Below are positions 1 through 6,992 of a stretch of 64,000 bases of DNA, piece by piece. The translations under genes and the position numbers were made by a program. Below the pieces are notes generated by a model. It saw only the letters and a program-made list of their open reading frames with translations, was not told the DNA's origin and did not search any database. Each line of letters begins with the position of its first letter. Position 1 is the first letter of the stretch. Source of the stretch: Anaeromyxobacteraceae bacterium (GTDB taxonomy: Bacteria; Myxococcota; Myxococcia; Myxococcales; Anaeromyxobacteraceae); the NCBI GenBank assembly GCA_032654565.1, contig JAULAX010000017.1, forward strand, positions 224,001 through 288,000. The letters run 5' to 3'.

Positions 1-678
1 TCGCTGGCGACGCTGGCGGCGGGGGCGGCCCACGAGCTCTCCACGCCGCTCTCCACCATCACCGTGGTGGCCAAGGAGCTGCAGCGCAACCTCACCGCCG
101 CGGTCAGCGACGACGTGGCCCGCGACCTGAAGCTGATCCGCGACCAGGTGGCCCGCTGCCGGGAGATCCTCGACCGCATGGCCGGCCACGCCGGCGAGCA
201 GGTGGGCGAGCCGCTGCGCAGCCAGGCGGTGGCCGAGTGGGTGGCGGCCGCCTTCGACGGGCTGCAGGGGCGGGAGCGGGTCCTGCAGGAGCGGGCGCCG
301 GGGATCGACGGCGTGCCGCTGGTCGGCCCGCCGCGGGCGCTGGCCGACGCCCTCCGCGGCCTGCTCAAGAACGCGCTGCAGGCCTCGGACACCGCCTCCA
401 CCGTGACCCTGCGGCTGGAGTCCACGGTGCGGGGGCTGGTCCGGGCCACCGTCATCGACCAGGGCCGGGGCATGTCACCGGAGGTGCTGGCCCGGGTGGG
501 CGAGCCCTTCTTCACCACCAAGGTGCCCGGCGAGGGGATGGGGCTCGGCCTCTTCCTGACCCGGGCCCTCGCCGAGCAGCTGGGCGGCGAGCTCCACATC
601 ACCTCGAGTCCCGAGCACGGGACCGAGGCACGTCTCGAACTGCCGGCCGCGACGGCCGACGAGAGGAGCACCGCATGA
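1..678 (+). CDS. regB: Sensor histidine kinase, RegB/PrrB-like (5'-truncated by window edge)
   Basis: Frame open from base 1: SLATLAAGAAHELSTPL H-box, N-box (LLKNALQA), DQGRGM, PFFTTK, GMGLGL; stop overlaps the ATG of a RegA-type regulator. Confidence 0.8.
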   Translation, partial: SLATLAAGAAHELSTPLSTITVVAKELQRNLTAAVSDDVARDLKLIRDQVARCREILDRMAGHAGEQVGEPLRSQAVAEWVAAAFDGLQGRERVLQERAPGIDGVPLVGPPRALADALRGLLKNALQASDTASTVTLRLESTVRGLVRATVIDQGRGMSPEVLARVGEPFFTTKVPGEGMGLGLFLTRALAEQLGGELHITSSPEHGTEARLELPAATADERSTA

Positions 679-1232
679 CCCAGAACGCCGAAGTGGGACG
701 CGACAGCCTTCCCAGCATCCTGCTGGTGGACGATGACGAGGTGCTGCGGGAGCGGCTGGCCCAGGCCATCCGGGCGCGCGGCTACGAGGTCAAGACCGCC
801 GGCAACGCCGCCGAGGCGCTCCGCGAGGCGGCGCTGGAGTCGCCGGAGATGGCGGTGCTCGACCTGAAGATGCCGGGCATGTCCGGCCTGGAGCTGCTGC
901 GCGAGCTGCGCCAGCAGGACCCCGCCACCCGGGTGCTGATGCTGACCGGCTACGGCAGCATCGCCACCGCGGTGGCCGCGGTGCGCGAGGGGGCGGTGGG
1001 GTACCTGCCCAAGCCGGCCGACGCCGACGAGATCCTCGCCGCGCTCATGGGCAAGGACACCACCGCGCCCAAGTCGGGGGCGGAGACGCCCTCGCTGGCC
1101 CGCGCCGAGTGGGAGCACATCCAGCGGGTCCTCACCGACTGCGGCAACAACATCTCCGAGGCAGCGCGCCGGCTCGGCATCCACCGCCGCTCGCTGCAGC
1201 GCAAGCTGCACAAGTACCCGCCCTCCCGATAG
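675..1232 (+). CDS. regA: Response regulator, RegA/PrrA/ActR family (receiver + Fis-type HTH)
   Basis: ILLVDDD, VLDLKMP, LTGYGSIATAV, YLPKP and the RegA-typical WEHIQRVL...NISEAARRLGIHRRSLQRKL; ATGA overlap with the kinase. Confidence 0.88.
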   Translation: MTQNAEVGRDSLPSILLVDDDEVLRERLAQAIRARGYEVKTAGNAAEALREAALESPEMAVLDLKMPGMSGLELLRELRQQDPATRVLMLTGYGSIATAVAAVREGAVGYLPKPADADEILAALMGKDTTAPKSGAETPSLARAEWEHIQRVLTDCGNNISEAARRLGIHRRSLQRKLHKYPPSR

Positions 1233-1574
1233 CTCCCCACACCACCCTTCACCAGCGCCACCTGGCGCCACCCGGCGCCCAGGTGGTCCAGGAACCTCCG
1301 TTTCGACGAGGGGTCGGGTGGGTGCTTTCGCCGCTGGGTCGGTGCGGACCGGCGCCGGGGCGAGTCGGCCCTCTCCTTCCAGTGCCGCTCCGCCTCCATC
1401 CCGCAGGCCTGCCAGTGCGTGGCCCGCTGCGACGCCCTCCTCGCCGGCGAGGGGCAGGAGAATCCTCGCTTCGAGTGCACCCAGGCCTGCACCACCCGGG
1501 GGCTCTCCGCCATCGGCGAGTGCCGCCGCTCCGGCCTGGTCCCGGCTCCGGCTCCGGCGCTGGCCTCCCGCTGA
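1233..1574 (+). other. Cys-rich open frame without an obvious start codon (possible small protein or gene remnant)
   Basis: Stop-free frame with mostly G/C third positions encoding ...SFQCRSASIPQACQCVARCDALL...FECTQACTTRGLSAIGECRR...; in frame with regA after its TAG. Confidence 0.4.
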
Positions 1575-1712
1575 ACGGGCGTTGATCCGGCCGGGGGAGC
1601 CTTCCGGTGGCCACCACCCTTTCGCCGCGGCCGCGAACCCTTTCCGGCGTTATGGGTTCTCACGGGTGTGGACGCCCAGGGCCGAATGGACGGCGGGCGC
1701 CGGGAGCGCGTG

Positions 1713-2120
1713 ATGAGCGTGGCGACGAGCGCGGTGGCGGGCGGCAGGACCGTCGAGGTCACCGGCGAGAACTTCAAGCAGATCGTGGAGCGCGACGGCA
1801 TCGTCCTGCTCGACTGGTGGGCGGCCTGGTGCGGCCCGTGCCGGTCCTTCGCCCCGACCTTCGAGAAGGCGGCGGCGGCCCACCCGGACCTGGTCTTCGG
1901 CAAGGTCGACACCGAGGCCCAGCAGGAGCTGGCCGGGTCGTTCCAGATCCGCTCCATCCCCACGCTGATGATCCTGCGCGACCAGGTGCTGCTCTTCTCG
2001 CAGCCCGGGGCGCTGCCGGCGGCGGCGCTGGAGGACATCATCACGCAGGTCCGCGCCCTCGACATGGACAAGGTCCGGGCCGAGATCGCCGCGCAGGAGA
2101 AGCAGGCGGAGGGGGCGTAG
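1713..2120 (+). CDS. trxA: Thioredoxin
   Basis: DWWAAWCGPC active site, FGKVDTEAQQELA, IRSIPT. Confidence 0.93.
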   Translation: MSVATSAVAGGRTVEVTGENFKQIVERDGIVLLDWWAAWCGPCRSFAPTFEKAAAAHPDLVFGKVDTEAQQELAGSFQIRSIPTLMILRDQVLLFSQPGALPAAALEDIITQVRALDMDKVRAEIAAQEKQAEGA

Positions 2121-2128
2121 TCCCGGCC

Positions 2129-2238
2129 TCGCGCCGTGGGCGCGAACCCCGAGGCGCTTCGCGGCGACGGACCTTCGCGAAGGTGATGGGACGCGCTTCT
2201 CGCGCGTCCTGGGTTGCGCGGGCTGAAGCCCGCGCGAC
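2129..2238. repeat. Cluster of four palindromes/hairpins (REP-like)
   Basis: TCGCGCC-gtg-GGCGCGA (2129-2145), perfect palindrome ACCTTCGCGAAGGT (2171-2184), GGACGCGC-ttctc-GCGCGTCC (2189-2209), GTTGCGCGGGC-tgaa-GCCCGCGCGAC (2213-2238). Confidence 0.6.
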
Positions 2239-2246
2239 AGACCGGC

Positions 2247-2275
2247 TTGATACCTGAACGGGCGCGCAGTAGCGT
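2247..2275 (+). promoter_or_regulatory. Sigma70-type promoter of imuA with LexA (SOS) box in the spacer
   Basis: TTGATA-17bp-TAGCGT; 2254-2269 CTGAACGGGCGCGCAG, whose reverse complement fits the Myxococcus LexA consensus CTRHAMRYBYGTTCAG with one mismatch. Confidence 0.8.
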
Positions 2276-2298
2276 CGCCTGGTCGGAGCCGGTCCACC

Positions 2299-2940
2299 AT
2301 GTCCCTCGTCGATCCCACCCCCGCCCTGCTCGCGCGCCTCCGCGACGAGATCACGCGCATCGAGCGCCGGCCGGCCCGGCGCCAGGGGCAGCTGGCCTGC
2401 GGGCTCGAGCCGGTCGACGCGCTGCTGCCGGGCGGCTTCCCCTGCGGCGCCCTCTCCGAGCTGCGCGGCGGGGCCTCGAGCGGCAAGACGGCGGTGGCCC
2501 TCTCCACCATCGCCCGGCTCCCGCGCGGCGCGCTGGCAGCCTTCGTCGACGGGCGCGGCGAGCTCTACCCGCCGGCCGCGGCGGCGCTCGGCGTCGACCT
2601 GGAGCGGCTGCTCATCGTCCGCCCCCCCGGCGGCGAGGAGGGGTTCCGGCTGGCGCTCTGGGCCGCCGAGGCGCTGCTCGGCTCCGGGGCCTTCGCCGCG
2701 GTGGTCGTCGACGTGCCGCGTGGCCGCCCCTTCCGCGGCGCCGAGACGGCGCTGCGGCGGCTGGTGACGGCGGCGGAGCAGGGCGGCTCGGTGGGGCTCT
2801 GGCTCTCGTCGCCCGGGGCGACGCTGCGGCCGCCGGCGCTGGTGCGGCTCGAGCTGCGCAGCGACCACGGCCGGGTGGTGGCGCGGCGGGCCGATGGGCC
2901 GGGCGCGGTGGCGCGGGCGGGGGCGGTCCAGGTGGCGTGA
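2299..2940 (+). CDS. imuA: ImuA, RecA-like accessory protein of the SOS mutagenesis cassette
   Basis: CGLEPVDALLPGGFPCGALSEL, GGASSGKT, FVDGRGELYPPA, GVDLERLLIVRP; LexA box upstream; imuB-dnaE2 nearby. Confidence 0.85.
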   Translation: MSLVDPTPALLARLRDEITRIERRPARRQGQLACGLEPVDALLPGGFPCGALSELRGGASSGKTAVALSTIARLPRGALAAFVDGRGELYPPAAAALGVDLERLLIVRPPGGEEGFRLALWAAEALLGSGAFAAVVVDVPRGRPFRGAETALRRLVTAAEQGGSVGLWLSSPGATLRPPALVRLELRSDHGRVVARRADGPGAVARAGAVQVA

Positions 2941-3016
2941 GCGCCCGATCGGCGCGGGCAGGGGCAGCGCCGGTCCAGCCTTTACACGGATCGTCCGGAT
3001 CGCTAGGGTTCGCCAC

Positions 3017-5044
3017 ATGCGCGCCATTCTCACTGGATGTGTCGCTGCCCTCTGCGCCTGCACCGCGCCGGCCCCCTCCGTCCGACCCGCGCCGCCTGGG
3101 GCCGCCGCCACGCCGCCCGCGGTCGCCCCGCCGCCCGCACCGCCACCGGCCGAGCGGCTCGCCGCCGACACGGCGAAGAGCACCGTGGAGGGGGCCACCT
3201 TCATCGCCCCGGCCGGCTGGTCGATCGCCGTGCGCGGCCCGGCCACCATCCTCGAGGTGCCGGAGGGGGGCTCCTTCATCGCCCTCATCGACGTCCACGC
3301 GCCGGACGCCGACGCCGCCCTGGCCGCCGCCTGGGCTGTATACAAGCCCGGTCCAGGCTGGCCGCTCAAGGTGGTCACCGAGGCCCCGGACAAGGACGGC
3401 TGGACCAACCGCCGGGCGTACGACTACCAGACCTCTCCCAACGAGAAGCGCGACGTCGCCGTCTACGTGCGGCGCGCCGGCGACACCTGGACCGTGGCCG
3501 TCTACGACATGGACCAGGCGGTCGGCGAGAAGCGGGGCGCGGCGGTCTCGCTGATCTTCGGCCGGCTCCTCCCCAAGGGCTACGCCCGGGAGTCCTTCGC
3601 TGGCAAGAAGGCACACCGGCTCGACGCGGCGAGGCTGGCCAAGCTCAACGCCTGGGTCGAGACCGCCATGAAGGAACTGGGCGTGCCGGGCGTGGCCATC
3701 GGCCTGGTGCAGGATGGGAAGACGGTCTTCGCCGGCGGCTTCGGCGTGCGCGAGCTGGGCAAGCCAAAGAAGCCGGACGCCGACACGCTCTTCATGATCG
3801 CCTCCAACACCAAGGCGCTCACCACGCTGATGCTGGCCAAGCTGGTCGACGAGAAGAAGCTCGGCTGGGAGACCCCGGTCACCAGCCTGCTGCCGAGCTT
3901 CAAGCTGGGCGACCCGGAGACGACGCGACTGGTCCAGGTGAAGCACCTGATCTGCGCCTGCACCGGCCTGCCGCGCCAGGACATGGAGTGGCTCTTCCAG
4001 TTCCAGGGCGTGACGCCTGCCGGGGCCTTGGCCACGCTGGCCACCATGCAGCCGACCAGCAAGTTCGGCGAGATGTTCCAGTACTCCAACCCCATGGCCG
4101 GCGCCGGCGGCTTCACCGGCGGGCACGTCCTCTACCCGAAGCTGGAGCTCGGGGCGGCCTACGACGAGGCGATGCGGACCCGCGTCTTCGAGCCGCTCGG
4201 CATGAAGGCCACCACCTTCGACTACGCCAGGGCGCTCAAGGGGAACCACGCCACCGCCCACGCCCCGGACATCGACGGGCGGCCGGCCAAGGCGCTCATG
4301 GAGGTCAACTACGCGGTCATCCCGCTGCGGCCGGCCGGCGCGGCCTGGAGCAGCATCCGCGACATGCTGAAGTACGTCTCGGCCGAGCTCGCCGAAGGCG
4401 TGCTGCCGAACGGCAAGCGCTACATCGCCAAGGCGCCACTCCTGGAGCGACGCGCGCCGCAGGTCTCCATCGGCAAGGACACCACCTACGGCATGGGGCT
4501 CATGGTGGACACGAAGTACGGCATCCCGGTGGTGCACCACGGGGGCGACATGATCGGCTTCCACAGCGATATGCTCTGGCTCCCGGAGCACGGCGTCGGC
4601 GCGGTGATCCTGACCAATGCCGACCCGGGCTGGATCCTGCGCACGCTCTACCAGCGCAAGCTGCTCGAGGTGCTCTTCGACGGCAGGCCGGAGGCCGACG
4701 CCGACCTGGGCGCGCAGGCCAGGACCTTCTTCCAGCAGCTGGCCGCCGAGCGGAAGCTGCTCACCGTTCCGGCGGATCCGGTCGAGGCCGGCAAGCTGGC
4801 CGGGCGGTACGCCAACGACGCGCTCGGTGAGATCGCCGTGCGCCAGGCCGGCGGCGTCACCACCTTCGACTTCGGCGAGTGGCGGAGCGAGGTGGCCAGC
4901 CGCACGAACCCGGACGGCACCGTCTCCTTCATCACCACCGTGCCGGGCATGAGCGGCGTCGAGCTGGTCGTCGGCGGCGGGGGTGCGAAGCGCACGCTCA
5001 TCACCCGGGATGCCCAGCACGAGTACGTCTTCGAGGAGCGGTGA
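3017..5044 (+). CDS. Serine hydrolase, beta-lactamase class C/PBP-like family, probable lipoprotein
   Basis: Signal peptide with candidate lipobox Cys (ALCAC), FMIASNTK (SxxK), FQYSN (YxN), HHGG; long N- and C-terminal extensions. Confidence 0.85.
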   Translation: MRAILTGCVAALCACTAPAPSVRPAPPGAAATPPAVAPPPAPPPAERLAADTAKSTVEGATFIAPAGWSIAVRGPATILEVPEGGSFIALIDVHAPDADAALAAAWAVYKPGPGWPLKVVTEAPDKDGWTNRRAYDYQTSPNEKRDVAVYVRRAGDTWTVAVYDMDQAVGEKRGAAVSLIFGRLLPKGYARESFAGKKAHRLDAARLAKLNAWVETAMKELGVPGVAIGLVQDGKTVFAGGFGVRELGKPKKPDADTLFMIASNTKALTTLMLAKLVDEKKLGWETPVTSLLPSFKLGDPETTRLVQVKHLICACTGLPRQDMEWLFQFQGVTPAGALATLATMQPTSKFGEMFQYSNPMAGAGGFTGGHVLYPKLELGAAYDEAMRTRVFEPLGMKATTFDYARALKGNHATAHAPDIDGRPAKALMEVNYAVIPLRPAGAAWSSIRDMLKYVSAELAEGVLPNGKRYIAKAPLLERRAPQVSIGKDTTYGMGLMVDTKYGIPVVHHGGDMIGFHSDMLWLPEHGVGAVILTNADPGWILRTLYQRKLLEVLFDGRPEADADLGAQARTFFQQLAAERKLLTVPADPVEAGKLAGRYANDALGEIAVRQAGGVTTFDFGEWRSEVASRTNPDGTVSFITTVPGMSGVELVVGGGGAKRTLITRDAQHEYVFEER

Positions 5045-5293
5045 CGGTGCCATGGCAGAAGGTCGGCGGGAGCCGGCCGGGCTGAATGGCGCGTGGATGT
5101 CCAGGCGGCGGGACTGGCGCCGGGCCAGCTCCGGGCCGGATCGCCTCACCCGATAGAACGCCTGGCCTCCCCCATTGGCGATTCCCGACGTCAGAACTCG
5201 CGAAGGAGGGACCGCGTTCGGGTTGCTGGGAGCGCCAGCACACCTCCCACCGGGAGTTCCGCGCACCTCCCCCAAGGAGATTGTCAGACCGGC

Positions 5294-5322
5294 TTGATAA
5301 CTGAACGGACGAGCAGTAGCGT
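5294..5322 (+). promoter_or_regulatory. Second copy of the SOS promoter with LexA box, upstream of imuB
   Basis: TTGATA-17bp-TAGCGT; 5301-5316 CTGAACGGACGAGCAG; near-identical to 2247-2275. Confidence 0.8.
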
Positions 5323-5342
5323 CGTCTGTCCGGAGCCGGTCC

Positions 5343-6992
5343 ATGCCACGCGCAGCCTCCACCCTCGCACTCGACATCCCGCCGGCCGGGCCACGCCTGC
5401 TGGCGCTCTGGCTGCCCGGGCTGCCGCTGCAGCGGCTGGGGCGGAGCCGGGAGCTGAGCGGCGACCGGCCGGTGGCGGTGGTGGACGAGGGGCGGGTGCG
5501 CTGCTGCGACGGGGCCGCGCGCGCGGCCGGGGTCCGGCCCGGCGACACCCTGGCCGAGGCGCTGGCCGCCTGCGGCCGGCTCCTGGCCGTCCCCCACGCC
5601 CCGGCCGCCGACCTGGCCGCGCTGCGGGCGCTGGCCGAGGCGCTGCTGGCGGTGGCGCCGGCGGTGGAGGTGGCCGCCCCCGACGCGCTGCTGCTCGACG
5701 CCAGCGCCGCCCACCTGCTGCACGGCGCCGAGGCCGAGCCGGAGCGGCGGCTCCTGGCCCGGGCCCGCGAGCTGGCCGGCGAGCTCGGCTTCACCGTCCG
5801 GGCGGCGGTGGCCTGCGGGCGGGGGCCGGCGCTGGCGCTGGCCCGGCACGGCGCGGAGGAGGCGTCCGGGGCCGAGCCGCGGTGGGTGGCGCCGGGAGAG
5901 GAGGCGCTGGCGCTGGCGCCGCTGCCGCTCGAGGCGCTCGGGCTCGGGCCGGCGGTGGTGGCGAAGCTGGGGGCGGTCGGCGTGGCCTGCGTCGGTGAGC
6001 TGGCCCGGCTGCCGGTGGAGGGGCTGGCGCTCCGCTTCGGCGCGGCCGGGGCGGCGGCGGCGCGGCTGGCCCGCGGCGAGGACGCCACGCCGCTGGTCCC
6101 GTACCTGCCGGCCACGCTCCCCGAGGAGGCCATCGAGCTGGAGGGGCCGGCCGACGGCGCCGAGCCGGTCCTCTTCGTGCTGAAGAGGCTGGCCGACCGG
6201 GTGGCGGCGCGGCTCGCCGGCCGTGGCCTCGGGGCCAGCCGGCTCACCGTGACGCTCAAGCTCGACCCGCGCGGCGAGGAGCGGCTCTCCATCCCGCTGG
6301 CGCAGCCCTCGGCCTCGGGGGCCCGCTGGCTGCTGGCGTCGCGCGACCGGCTCATGGCGCTGCGGCTCCCCGGGGCGGTGGTCGGGGTCCGGCTGGCCGC
6401 GGTCGAGGTGGCGGTGGTGCGCGAGGCGCAGCTGGCGCTCGGCGACCGGCCCGAGGCCCAGGCGGCGCTGGAGACGGTGCTGGCGCGCCTCTCCGGCCGG
6501 CTCGGCGACGGCGCGGTGGTGGCGGCCGAGCCGGTGGCCCGCTACCGCCCCGAGGCGGCCTGGCACCCGGTGAAGTTCTCCGCGTCGGCGCGGCAGCCCG
6601 GGGCGCTGGCGCGCCCGTCCGGCCCGGAGGCGCGGCCACCCGGGGCGCGGCGCGGCGCGGAGGACGAGGAGGCGGGGCGGGGGGCGCGGACCAGGCGGGC
6701 AGGGGAGGAGGCGAGGCCGGAGGAGGCGCCGGCGCCACGGCCGACCCGGCTGCTCAGCGAGCCGCGGCCGCTGGTGGCCACCGGCGAGGGGGGGCGGGTG
6801 AGCGCGGTGCGGCTCGGGGCCGAGGTGCACGCCGTCCTCTCCTTCGAGGGGCCGGAGCGGCTGCGCGGCGAGTGGTGGAGCGCCCCCTTCGACCGCGACT
6901 ACTACCGGGCCCGCGTCGAGGGGCTGGGCGACTGCTGGATCTACCGGGACGGGGCCGACGGCCGGCTCCACCTCCACGGCTTCTTCGACTGA
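5343..6992 (+). CDS. imuB: ImuB, catalytically inactive Y-family polymerase
   Basis: ALWLPGLPLQ, AARAAGVRPGDTLAEALA, PDALLLDAS, C-terminal GPERLRGEWW...RDYYR...HGFFD; TGATG overlap with dnaE2. Confidence 0.9.
   Translation: MPRAASTLALDIPPAGPRLLALWLPGLPLQRLGRSRELSGDRPVAVVDEGRVRCCDGAARAAGVRPGDTLAEALAACGRLLAVPHAPAADLAALRALAEALLAVAPAVEVAAPDALLLDASAAHLLHGAEAEPERRLLARARELAGELGFTVRAAVACGRGPALALARHGAEEASGAEPRWVAPGEEALALAPLPLEALGLGPAVVAKLGAVGVACVGELARLPVEGLALRFGAAGAAAARLARGEDATPLVPYLPATLPEEAIELEGPADGAEPVLFVLKRLADRVAARLAGRGLGASRLTVTLKLDPRGEERLSIPLAQPSASGARWLLASRDRLMALRLPGAVVGVRLAAVEVAVVREAQLALGDRPEAQAALETVLARLSGRLGDGAVVAAEPVARYRPEAAWHPVKFSASARQPGALARPSGPEARPPGARRGAEDEEAGRGARTRRAGEEARPEEAPAPRPTRLLSEPRPLVATGEGGRVSAVRLGAEVHAVLSFEGPERLRGEWWSAPFDRDYYRARVEGLGDCWIYRDGADGRLHLHGFFD

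Noticed and set aside
1635..1658. ECF-type promoter GAAC-N17-GTT before trxA
   Set aside because: Too short and degenerate to support without TSS data; also explainable as a small inverted repeat
3017..5044. Bona fide antibiotic-resistance beta-lactamase
   Set aside because: Motifs only place it in the broad serine hydrolase family; HGG triad and extra domains are common in non-lactamase members
5045..5284. ncRNA or IS remnant upstream of the second SOS promoter
   Set aside because: Only short hairpins; no terminal repeats, target duplication or transposase fragment recognisable
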